From Abditibacteriaceae bacterium (GTDB taxonomy: Bacteria > Armatimonadota > Abditibacteriia > Abditibacteriales > Abditibacteriaceae), in contig JANMKN010000308.1 of assembly GCA_031372065.1 (NCBI GenBank), forward strand, positions 1 through 60,172: a DNA stretch of 60,172 nt. Reading direction: 5' to 3'. Below are positions 10,333 to 19,406 of the stretch, piece by piece. The translations under genes were made by a program, and so were the position numbers. Every line of letters begins with the position of its first letter. Positions within the stretch are counted from its first letter, which is position 1. Below the pieces are notes generated by a model. That model was not told the origin of the DNA. It worked only from the letters and a program-made list of their open reading frames with translations, and did no database searches.

Positions 10333-12978
10333 CTACTGTTTCAGCTTGTTCAACGACACAAAGCCGCACCACAATTCGTTGGTAGCCGGGTTGAAACGCA
10401 AAATTTGTGGCTTAACATAGGGCAAATTGCCGGTAATATCTTGCCATGTCGCGCCGCCATCAATCGTTTTATAAACCGCGCCGTTGTTGCTGCCATCCCA
10501 TGTCGTCGTGGAAATCCACAGCGTTTTCGGGTCGCGCGGATCAGTTTCGAGGCCGACGATGGCGCGGCCATTGTTGAACTTCGTCAGTTGCTGCCATGTC
10601 GCGCCATGATCGGTGCTGCGCCACAAATTCTGGCCCGGACAGTAAACGGTGCCGTCTTTGGCGACCATCACGTTGAAAATCCATTGTTCGTTGGCGAAAA
10701 CCTGTTTCCACGTTTGTCCGCCGTCTTCGCTGCGATGCAGGCCACCATTAGTGCCGCACGCGCCCCAATAAAGGCGCTTGGAATCGGTCGGATCAACCGC
10801 CAAACCGTAATAAATGCGACGGCTGGCGGGCTGATTGGGCAATTGCTTCCACGTCGCGCCGCCGTCTTCCGATTTGAAAATACCGCCGCCGCTTTTGCCC
10901 GCCGCCGCGTCGCCGTCCATGCCCAAATAAACCACGTTCGCATTGTTTGGGTCAACCGCCAAAGCGCGCGCATAGCCACTGCCCCACATGGTGTTATCGC
11001 GCACGATGTAATCGGGCAAACCCGCAGTGGTCGCTTTAAAGGTTTTGCCGCCGTCGCTACTAATACTCACACGATTGGCATGATTTTGCTCCCACGGACT
11101 GACTGTCGAAATAATGCGATCTACGCCGTTGATTTCATTAACCGCCACGCGCCAGTTATGGCCGCTGAAATCGGGCTGCCATTTCAAAGGCCACAGTTGG
11201 CGCCAACTTTTGCCGTTGTCTTCACTGACGAGCGTGCCTTCGTCCATCGCCGTGACATAAGTGCGCCCTTTGGAAAAACGAATATCCGTAATGCACGAAA
11301 TATCGGCGCCGCGACAGCGTTCGTTCCACGTCAGGCCGCCGTCTTCACTGAGACACGGACGCCAGTTGGCGCTGAGAAACAATTCTTTGGGATTAAGTGG
11401 GTTGATAGCGACGTTGGTCGGCGTGCTAAGTGGCGCTTTAACCGATTCCGCCGGAAGCGTTGGGTTGCCAATCGAATCGGCATTCAAAGTCGAAGACGAT
11501 TTCCACGTCACGCCGCCGTCATTGGACAGGTAAAAACCGCCGTTCCAACCAACAGAACCGATAGCATAAACATCAAGCGCGTTGACCGGACTAACGGCCA
11601 CTTCCTGAACCGAAAAATCCTTCGGCAAGCCGCCGGATAGATTGGCCCACGTTTTCCCTTTATCGGACGATTTCCAAATGCCATCGCCGAAAAACGAGCC
11701 ATAAATAATATTGGAATCGGACGCTGAAACCGCCGCGCTGGAGGCTTTTTTCGGTGTGTTCAACGCGCGCCAGTTTTGCCCGGCATCTTCACTGAGCAAG
11801 AGGCCCGAATCGGCGGTAGCCGCCAACACCAGCGAAGAGTCCTTGGGCGCAACTGCCACGCTGTAAACCGTGCCCGACGCCGAATCGCCGAGGCGAATAT
11901 TGCCGTAACTTTGAACGGATTTATCTTTGGCAAAATCGCGCACTGTCACCAAAATTGGTTTGTCAGCAGTGCCCGTCTGACCTTCGGGCGAACGTGTGAC
12001 GGCGAAGAAAAACTTGCCGATGCGCGCCACTGTCGCTGTGGTTGGCAGCGGGCCGGAAGACGCAAAATCTAAGCGATTAACCGTCGCCCAATCGGGCGTG
12101 GCTGGCGCGGGTTTATCGAGGTTTTTCTTGGCGTAATCGGGGTCAACGGCGAAATCGCCCGCCTTAAATATCACATCCCGCAGCGTGTCATCCTGAAATA
12201 ATCCGCGTAGATTTTTGCTGCGATACGAAATTCCGGTGCTGGTTTTCAGCGTTAGGAAGCAATCCTGCGGCAGCGATTTATCGCCCTTGAAAGATATGCC
12301 AAAACCGAGGCAATCTTCCGATTTGAGGCCTGTCGGAAACGCGAAATTCGTCCAAATTCCGCCGAAATAATCGGCGTTGACCTTGCCGAATTGCACGCGC
12401 AAAAGTCCGGCGCTGGTCGCTTCATTTTGCTTTTCATAAGCGATTTTCCATGTTTGCCCACTGTCGCTGCTTTTATAAACCTTGCCGCCCGGACTGGCCG
12501 CGTAAACAACATTGCCGTTATCGGGGGCGACAGCAATCGCGCGGATGCTACGGCCTTTTTCGCCAGTAATTCGCAAATTCTTGTGCTCGGTTTGTGGCAA
12601 AAGTTGCCAATGCTCGCCGCCATCGGCGCTTTTGCATAAACCGCCTTCAGTCGCCGCGTAAACCGTCTCTGGATTGGTTTTGTCAACCGCCAAAGAAAAG
12701 ACGCCGTAATCCACTAACCCGTTGTTAATAAGGCGCCAATTGCGGCCATGATCTTCGCTTTTGTAAACACCGGCCACATCGCCGCCCATGTAAATCACGC
12801 CGTCGCGCGCCGGATGAAAAGCCGCCGCGTAATAAAAGCCGCCGCCGCCCCAGCCTGCGGGTTCCCATTGCGGCGCCGGGTTCGCGATTTTGATAGGCGC
12901 ATCGGCGGCCAAAGTTAGTGGCGCAGTAACTAAATTCAAACCGAGCAGTCCACTAAAAATCCAACGCGAAATAATCAT
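10333..12978 (-). CDS. Secreted BNR/Asp-box beta-propeller protein (GH74/VPS10-like) with inserted domain
   Basis: Many SxDxGxTW repeats; signal peptide from ATG 12978. Confidence 0.8.
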   Translation of the reverse strand: MIISRWIFSGLLGLNLVTAPLTLAADAPIKIANPAPQWEPAGWGGGGFYYAAAFHPARDGVIYMGGDVAGVYKSEDHGRNWRLINNGLVDYGVFSLAVDKTNPETVYAATEGGLCKSADGGEHWQLLPQTEHKNLRITGEKGRSIRAIAVAPDNGNVVYAASPGGKVYKSSDSGQTWKIAYEKQNEATSAGLLRVQFGKVNADYFGGIWTNFAFPTGLKSEDCLGFGISFKGDKSLPQDCFLTLKTSTGISYRSKNLRGLFQDDTLRDVIFKAGDFAVDPDYAKKNLDKPAPATPDWATVNRLDFASSGPLPTTATVARIGKFFFAVTRSPEGQTGTADKPILVTVRDFAKDKSVQSYGNIRLGDSASGTVYSVAVAPKDSSLVLAATADSGLLLSEDAGQNWRALNTPKKASSAAVSASDSNIIYGSFFGDGIWKSSDKGKTWANLSGGLPKDFSVQEVAVSPVNALDVYAIGSVGWNGGFYLSNDGGVTWKSSSTLNADSIGNPTLPAESVKAPLSTPTNVAINPLNPKELFLSANWRPCLSEDGGLTWNERCRGADISCITDIRFSKGRTYVTAMDEGTLVSEDNGKSWRQLWPLKWQPDFSGHNWRVAVNEINGVDRIISTVSPWEQNHANRVSISSDGGKTFKATTAGLPDYIVRDNTMWGSGYARALAVDPNNANVVYLGMDGDAAAGKSGGGIFKSEDGGATWKQLPNQPASRRIYYGLAVDPTDSKRLYWGACGTNGGLHRSEDGGQTWKQVFANEQWIFNVMVAKDGTVYCPGQNLWRSTDHGATWQQLTKFNNGRAIVGLETDPRDPKTLWISTTTWDGSNNGAVYKTIDGGATWQDITGNLPYVKPQILRFNPATNELWCGFVSLNKLKQ

Positions 12979-13071
12979 AAAAATCCTTTGAGCCGGGAAA
13001 CATTGCACAGTTTGTTTCCTTGTCAATAGCACAAGTAAGACAGGAACCAGTAAAATTAAGTTACGTTTGAC

Positions 13072-13899
13072 GTGAATCTTATGCCCCCGAAAACCTCGCC
13101 GCTGTTCAGGAGGCGCCGTGCCTTTCGCGTTGGAGTGGCACAGCGTGCTTTCACCTTGATCGAACTCTTGGTCGTCATAGCGATAATCTCGCTTCTCGCG
13201 GCGATTTTGTTTCCGGTTTTTGCAAGGGCGCGCGAAAATGCACGGCGCACCAGTTGCCTCAGCAATATGAAGCAAATCGGACTGGGGTTGCTGGCCTACA
13301 CGCAGGATTACGACGAAACCTTAGTCGCCGATTGGTTCGGCCCGGATACGGGCACAACTGACCCCGAAGGCACCGGACAACGACGTTATAAATGGATGGA
13401 CGCCATTTATCCTTATATCAAAAACGAGCAGGTTTTCAACTGTCCAAGCCAGACTTTTACGGGTAACTACGGGCCGTATCGCTATTTTGGTCATCTGACC
13501 GCGCCAACCACTAATTACGGCAGTTACGTTATCAATCATTCTTATCGAGGCTGCGCCAGCGGGTCGGCCATTTGTGGAGCAGGCGGGCCGTGGACGCCGC
13601 CAGTCAGCCATCCGATTTCAACCGTCAACGAGATCGTTTCGCAGTCCGATGTAGTGGTATCGGCGACTACGGTCTGGGTGATAGATGGCAATGGAGATTT
13701 CTTTTTTGGCCCGGCCATGGGTGTTATTGGCCCTTCAGCCAGCGATCCGCGCACTATGCAAAACGCCGTTGAGCGCCATTTGAGAACGGTCAACACATTA
13801 TTTGTGGACGGCCACGTCAAAGCCCTGAGCCTTGATAAGCTGGCTAAAACCAATACCTCTGGCACCGTTTTGCCCTACTTCACTATTCAAGACGATTGA
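13072..13899 (+). CDS. DUF1559 prepilin-type N-terminal cleavage / H-X9-DG protein
   Basis: [40 protein letters not shown] and [16 protein letters not shown]. Confidence 0.92.
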   Translation: MNLMPPKTSPLFRRRRAFRVGVAQRAFTLIELLVVIAIISLLAAILFPVFARARENARRTSCLSNMKQIGLGLLAYTQDYDETLVADWFGPDTGTTDPEGTGQRRYKWMDAIYPYIKNEQVFNCPSQTFTGNYGPYRYFGHLTAPTTNYGSYVINHSYRGCASGSAICGAGGPWTPPVSHPISTVNEIVSQSDVVVSATTVWVIDGNGDFFFGPAMGVIGPSASDPRTMQNAVERHLRTVNTLFVDGHVKALSLDKLAKTNTSGTVLPYFTIQDD

Positions 13900-13923
13900 C
13901 CCCTAACAATTGACGCCCGTGGA

Positions 13924-14517
13924 TTACGATACGGAAAAAACAATGTCGTTGAAGTTCTTGCAGGCCGGACAAACGTGACGATGGCGTGCTAAGGGATTGC
14001 TCACTTCAAACTTGGAGCGCGGCCCCAAATAACCGCAACTTTGACACTTTCCCCAGTTGCGCGGCAGGTTTTGCGGAATATCAGCGGGTGTTTCGGAGAT
14101 CATCAACTGCTTGGCGTGATAGGCGTTTTTGACCAAGCCGGCAGCTCGTTCTAAAATCGTTTGGGCAGGCGAACTTTTCGCTAAAAAGCTGCTGTCGTCG
14201 GTGCTGACGGCACGCCAGAGCGCAATATTAGAATGCTGATGCGTTAGCACTAAAACCGGCGCTACGCTGATCTTGCGCAAATAAAGTCCCACCTTCAGCG
14301 CAATGTCGGTTCCTGCCATGTCACTCAGCACAATGACGTGCGGATGCGTATCGCGCACAGCCTCAAGACCCGGACGGCCCATCGGCGCATAGCGCGCATC
14401 CATTCCAGCTTCGGTGCAACGCGATAAAATCGGATGCGCCACAGCAAAATCGTCCTCGATTACAAGCACGCGAATTTGCCCTGTTAATTCAGGCAATTCA
14501 GGAGACGCAGTCAACAT
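13924..14517 (-). CDS. Atypical receiver-domain protein with C-terminal zinc ribbon
   Basis: VLVIEDD, PVLVLT receiver features; CQSC...CPAC at C-terminus. Confidence 0.65.
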   Translation of the reverse strand: MLTASPELPELTGQIRVLVIEDDFAVAHPILSRCTEAGMDARYAPMGRPGLEAVRDTHPHVIVLSDMAGTDIALKVGLYLRKISVAPVLVLTHQHSNIALWRAVSTDDSSFLAKSSPAQTILERAAGLVKNAYHAKQLMISETPADIPQNLPRNWGKCQSCGYLGPRSKFEVSNPLARHRHVCPACKNFNDIVFSVS

Positions 14518-14615
14518 TTGCCACCTCCAAGGGGATGCTTTTATCTTGCCCTAATTCGGCAAAAATTTCAACTCACCACCGGCATCTGATGCGTTCTATT
14601 CGTGTCCAACCTACC

Positions 14616-16544
14616 ATGATAAAACCCTGTTTCCCTGCTTTGCTGCTTGGTGCGACCCTTTGTTTTTCCACTGCGAGCCATGCTGCACCTGAACCGGCGG
14701 CGTCCGCCGATGATTTTGTAAATCGCATCGGCTTCGCCACGCATTGGGGCTACACCGACACGCCGTATGGTTATGAATACGAGAAAGTCAGCAAATTATT
14801 GGCGGATTTGCGTGTGCGCCATGTGCGCGATGGCTTTCATCCGCGCGAGCGCGAATTGTGGGAAAAATACGGCATTCAAACCACGATGATCGTCGGACCG
14901 CAAGAACTGCTCGAAAAAACGTTGCAAACCCTGCGCGACAATCGCGATTTGATTTCGATGGTCGAAGGCCCCAACGAAGTAGATATTTTTGCGACCTCGG
15001 CCAATTACCAAGGCCAAGGTTTTCCGGGCGGGCCAAAAGCCTTTCAAAACGATTTGCAAAACGCCTTAAAAGCCGATCCGCTTTTGAAAGACTTGGAAAT
15101 CATCGCGCCTTCGACAGCGCGCAGCGATTCCAATCTGAAACTCGCGCCGATGACAGGCTTCGATTATCTGGTGATGCACTCTTATGCAGGCGGCGAAATG
15201 CCGTCATCGAGTTTGACGGGCAACGTCATCAACAATATGCTGAATGCCACGCGGCTTTTGGGCGGCGGGCAAATTATGAAGCCGATTGTCGTCACCGAAA
15301 GCGGTTATCACACCGCGCTCGGCGCCAATCAAGTGATTGCGGGCGTGCAACCCGGCATTAGCGAAGGCACGCAAGCGAAATATCTGCCGCGCCATTTCGC
15401 CGAATATTTCAACGTGGGCATAAAACGCACCATTAGCTACGAATTTGTTAACGAGTTCAAAGACGAAGACAGCAACGCCGAAGCCAGTTTCGGCATCGTG
15501 CGCCGCGATTTAACGCCCAAACCGGCTTATTTTGCGCTAAAAAATCTGCTTTCCATGCTCGGCGAGGCCAAATGGAACGCTGAGAAAAAAATCTGGGATA
15601 AGCCGCCCGTGAAATTGCGCGCTCTGGATTTTGATTTGAATGCGCCGCCTTCGGTGCATCACACGCTTTTGCAAAAGAGCGACGGCGATTTTTATTTGCT
15701 GCTGTGGAACGAAGTTTCGAGTTTCGACACAAAGGCAAAAAAGAAAATCAACAGTCCGCTGTTAAACGCAAATTTGAAGTTTAAAACCCCTTTCGAGGGC
15801 GCGGAATTGTGGACGTTAGAAGACAACGTCGTTAAGCAGCATTGGCAACCTACGCAATCGCTTACAGTGCCCGTTCCCGATGAGATTATCGTGTTGCACA
15901 TCAAGCCAACTATTTCTCGCTCTGGCAAATCATTTCTTCTTCCCGCGCCGCAAAAGTTGCAAAGCGCAACGGGTGGCAACGAAGCAACGCTCAATTGGCA
16001 ACCTGTTAGGGGCGCGCAAGGTTATTTTGTGTGGCGCGTCGGGCGTTATCTGGGTTTCACCGCAAAACCGCAATTTGAAGACAAAAATTTGCAGCCGAAC
16101 ACTGGTTATCCCTACGAAGTGCGCGCTTTCGATGCGCAAGGATTTTTAGGCGAAGCCGCGCAAATTATCGCGACGACGAAAAATGAATTTCCCGATTTGG
16201 TAGTCACCGAAATTTCGTGGACAACCCCCAAAATCGGCGACGAAATCACACTCAGCGCAACCCTCAAAAATCAAGGTTTGGCCGCTTCGCCAATGGGTTC
16301 AACGCATGGCGTGGCGTTTTTTGTGGACGATCAATTTGTCAGTTGGTCGGATACTTTCAATAAATCGCTGGCGCCGGGCGAAACGATTACCGTTATATGC
16401 AACAACGGCCCCAAGGGGAAGAAAACTTTCACCGCCGTGGCAGGCACTCATAAAATCCGCGCCGTCGTTGACGATGTTAATCGCATCAACGAAAGCGACG
16501 AAACCAACAATCAATTGGAAAAAACGCTGACGGTTGCGCCTTGA
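14616..16544 (+). CDS. Secreted clan GH-A glycoside hydrolase with FN3 and CARDB domains
   Basis: GPNE, VTESGY, FGIVRRDLTPKPAY; FN3-like segment; PDLVVT...VDDVNRINESDETNN. Confidence 0.78.
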   Translation: MIKPCFPALLLGATLCFSTASHAAPEPAASADDFVNRIGFATHWGYTDTPYGYEYEKVSKLLADLRVRHVRDGFHPRERELWEKYGIQTTMIVGPQELLEKTLQTLRDNRDLISMVEGPNEVDIFATSANYQGQGFPGGPKAFQNDLQNALKADPLLKDLEIIAPSTARSDSNLKLAPMTGFDYLVMHSYAGGEMPSSSLTGNVINNMLNATRLLGGGQIMKPIVVTESGYHTALGANQVIAGVQPGISEGTQAKYLPRHFAEYFNVGIKRTISYEFVNEFKDEDSNAEASFGIVRRDLTPKPAYFALKNLLSMLGEAKWNAEKKIWDKPPVKLRALDFDLNAPPSVHHTLLQKSDGDFYLLLWNEVSSFDTKAKKKINSPLLNANLKFKTPFEGAELWTLEDNVVKQHWQPTQSLTVPVPDEIIVLHIKPTISRSGKSFLLPAPQKLQSATGGNEATLNWQPVRGAQGYFVWRVGRYLGFTAKPQFEDKNLQPNTGYPYEVRAFDAQGFLGEAAQIIATTKNEFPDLVVTEISWTTPKIGDEITLSATLKNQGLAASPMGSTHGVAFFVDDQFVSWSDTFNKSLAPGETITVICNNGPKGKKTFTAVAGTHKIRAVVDDVNRINESDETNNQLEKTLTVAP

Positions 16545-16582
16545 AAGCCCTGCAAAGATGCCCCGCGCGCATGCAAAGACGA

Positions 16583-16775
16583 TTCGTGCGAGCAAAAGAT
16601 GGTTCGTGCGCGTGCAAAACTGTTTCGTGCGTGCAAAAGATGGTTCGTGCGGCACATAATCTACTTCGCGCACAGGCAAAGACGTTTCGTGCGCGTGAAA
16701 TATGGTTCGTGCGGATAAAATTCGTTTCGTGCGGCTACAAAAGTGGTTCGTGCGAAGTCATAATCTATCTGCGCG
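16583..16775. repeat. 20/21-bp period direct-repeat array B (TTCGTGCG core, 9-10 units)
   Basis: Core at 16583,16603,16624,16644,16665,16686,16706,16726,16747 and degenerate at 16768. Confidence 0.85.
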
Positions 16776-16864
16776 CTGGAGTTTGAACTCATACCGAATA
16801 CTAATTCAAAGGAACACCGTTTCTGAAGCGCTACCGAAAATGTGAAGTCGTTTCATTTTGGTCG

Positions 16865-17434
16865 TTATGGAATCGGGATTGGAGGTAATTTGGCACGATT
16901 CTGCTGCCAATAATTGATACCAGCATCAAAAAAATGTTGAGAGGACTCTGCATCCGCAAAGGCTCGCTTGGGAATTACAAAATGTTTTCCATCTGTCAAC
17001 CGGCCCAAGATGTGAGTGTTATCTTGCTCCCACTTTGATAATTGAGGCCACGCATAAACACTTTCACCCAAATAGAGGTAGTCAGCGTTCAAAATAACGC
17101 GAGATACATCCTGCATAACGGGCTTGAAAACAATTCTGTAACAAGCCCACAAAAGAGGACGGAAAACAAATAGCCAAAAACACAGGAAAACAGAAGCAGG
17201 AATAAGCAGTGAGAGGTAAGTGAAAAATTGCCCCAGTAGAAAACCTGATTTTTGCGGCAGAGTCCACCACTGCTGCCAAGTAGGAAGCGAGCTTTCATCA
17301 CCCTGAAATTGCTGTGTTATCAGCCACGCAAACAACAATAGCGCAACAGCCTTGATTTCCATAGAGGAGGCACGCTGTTGCCACCGTTTAAGGTGATTGA
17401 AATCTTCTGTTGTCAGTTCAAAACAAACTTCCAT
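16865..17434 (-). CDS. YcxB-like membrane protein
   Basis: FELTTEDF start, two TM segments, C-terminal W..L......FVIPKRAF motif; AT-richer than flanks. Confidence 0.65.
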   Translation of the reverse strand: MEVCFELTTEDFNHLKRWQQRASSMEIKAVALLLFAWLITQQFQGDESSLPTWQQWWTLPQKSGFLLGQFFTYLSLLIPASVFLCFWLFVFRPLLWACYRIVFKPVMQDVSRVILNADYLYLGESVYAWPQLSKWEQDNTHILGRLTDGKHFVIPKRAFADAESSQHFFDAGINYWQQNRAKLPPIPIP

Positions 17435-17447
17435 TTTTGCTGTTAAA

Positions 17448-19352
17448 TCACCAATCCGATAGCGCTTTTTCTTCGGGCGCGGCGGGAGTTTCGGGGCCGG
17501 AAAGTGGCGTCAGCAAAACGCGCAGGCGCGTGGTTGTGACATCGTTTAATTCAATCGTCAAACGCGAGATGCCTTTGTTTTCATGCTGGCCTGTGGGATT
17601 GGGGGAAGTCGGCAACGGTTTGGCATCGAGAACCGAAAATTTCGCGTTCGCGGGCGCTAAAAGGCGCGCCAACATTTTTTTGTCGCCTATCGAAAGCGTG
17701 GCGCTTTGACCGTTTTCGGCGACTTCGATTTTCGCGGGCGTGTGCAAAAACCAAAACAATTTCGACGGCGCTTTTGCCGTGATTTCGTCCTGCACCAAAA
17801 CTTGATTGCCATCCAACAAACCGATGCCGCGTTTCACGCTTTGCGCGTCTTTGGCGTAGGCGTTGGTGAGGTCGGCGACGGCCAAAGTGCAGCAGTCTTT
17901 GAGGTCGAATTTTGTGACTTGCGTGGCCGCTTTCGGGTCTTGGTCGGGGCCGTCGTTGGGATTAAAAACTAAGGTGTTATGACTTTCGGCGCGCAAGCGA
18001 TAATATGTCCAGCGCTTGTTGCCAAAATAGGCGGGCAAGTTGTAATCGTCCGAACCCAAATCGCTTACCCAGCGCGTGCCGAGCGCATCCATCACGAACG
18101 AGCCGAGGTCGAGATGCGAATGATTCGCCTTGTTATCGCCCGCTTTGAAGCCGACGAAAATCTGATTTTTATCATCCCAATCGGAGCGCATCGACACCAC
18201 TTCGGCGGCACGAAAATAACGACCCAGCGGCAACGCGGCCAACTTCGGCGCTACTTTGGCGCTGCCATCGGCGTTGGCGAACCAACGCGCGCCCCAAATG
18301 TAATCGAAGGTGCTGCCGGAGCCGTTTTCAATCCAGTTCGCTTGCCACGCGGCCCAGCCTTCGTTGTTGAATTTATTGGCGAACCAGAACATTTGCGACT
18401 CGCCGCCCGCTTTGTCGCCAGCATCGGCGTAGTTGAAGGTTTTCCCAACAGGGCCAGTAAAAAATGGAGGGAAATCGCCGGTCTGCGGGAAGCCGGGAAT
18501 CTGAGACAAACCATAATCGCTGCCAAGCGCCGAATCGAACGCGGCTAAAATGAAAACATTATATTTGGTCGCGTAGCCCCAATAACCCGGCCCTTCGTTC
18601 CATGCGCCGTCCGGCCCGAAATGTTGCATGGCGCGTGGCAAACTTTCGATGGCATCATGCAAAATCTCGCCGCACAGTGCCGGTTCTTCATCGCCGATTG
18701 CCAGTGCGCCCATGCCAATGCCGCCGTTGCACACTTGATTCCAGTTGTGCGTTGCAACAGCCCACCACGTTTGCTTGCGATAAATTTCCAGCGCCGGTTT
18801 GAGGCCCATTTCGACGATGGCCGTTTTCAAAGTTGCGCGCTGCTGCGGCGTCCACGAATCATAAAGCCAATCGTAGCCAATGGCAAACGCGGCAGTCATT
18901 TCGGCGGTATCGAGAAAGTGCTTGGCCGAATTCCAATCTTTGAAATGCGCCGCCGCGTCCAATTCGGCCCACGCGCGATCAAGCCATTTTTTGTCGCCTT
19001 CGATGCGATAAAGCAGCGCCAAACGCCCCACGCGATCCAACACGCGCCGACTGGTTGCCAAGAGGCGCAAGCCATCGGGAATTTCGTATTTGCTCGGCTC
19101 TTGCGTGAGGATTTTGTCGCCCGCCTCGCGAAATTTTGCCCAGTTCGACTTCAGGCGCGCATTGGTTTGCACTTGCGTTTTCAACACGGCAAATTCGGCA
19201 TCTGTGGCGAACAAACGCGGATGCCCCTTTTGCAAGCGCGCCAGAATCGCGTCCGGCGTGGGCAAGGCAATTTCGACTTTATCAGCGGCCAAAAGCGGAG
19301 TTGTCATCAAAGCCAATAGGCCAGCAAAGGCCACACGAAACGGGGTTTTCAT
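17448..19352 (-). CDS. Heparinase II/III-like polysaccharide lyase
   Basis: HPRLF, HNWNQV, EGPGYWGY, HSHLDLGSF, ESHNTL motifs; signal peptide. Confidence 0.85.
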   Translation of the reverse strand: MKTPFRVAFAGLLALMTTPLLAADKVEIALPTPDAILARLQKGHPRLFATDAEFAVLKTQVQTNARLKSNWAKFREAGDKILTQEPSKYEIPDGLRLLATSRRVLDRVGRLALLYRIEGDKKWLDRAWAELDAAAHFKDWNSAKHFLDTAEMTAAFAIGYDWLYDSWTPQQRATLKTAIVEMGLKPALEIYRKQTWWAVATHNWNQVCNGGIGMGALAIGDEEPALCGEILHDAIESLPRAMQHFGPDGAWNEGPGYWGYATKYNVFILAAFDSALGSDYGLSQIPGFPQTGDFPPFFTGPVGKTFNYADAGDKAGGESQMFWFANKFNNEGWAAWQANWIENGSGSTFDYIWGARWFANADGSAKVAPKLAALPLGRYFRAAEVVSMRSDWDDKNQIFVGFKAGDNKANHSHLDLGSFVMDALGTRWVSDLGSDDYNLPAYFGNKRWTYYRLRAESHNTLVFNPNDGPDQDPKAATQVTKFDLKDCCTLAVADLTNAYAKDAQSVKRGIGLLDGNQVLVQDEITAKAPSKLFWFLHTPAKIEVAENGQSATLSIGDKKMLARLLAPANAKFSVLDAKPLPTSPNPTGQHENKGISRLTIELNDVTTTRLRVLLTPLSGPETPAAPEEKALSDW

Positions 19353-19406
19353 GTCCTTTTTCGACGCTTTCGCGCTGCTTTTGTCGCGCGATCATCACTT
19401 TCATCA

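Noticed and set aside
10405..11640. Long antisense ORFs (also 34655-35644, 20238-21149, 45953-46747)
   Set aside because: Shadows of well-supported genes on the opposite strand, with no recognisable motifs
16583..16775. CRISPR array interpretation of the periodic repeats (also 21670, 44157)
   Set aside because: Period of 20-21 bp and cores of 8-15 bp are far below CRISPR repeat+spacer size; no cas genes in the window
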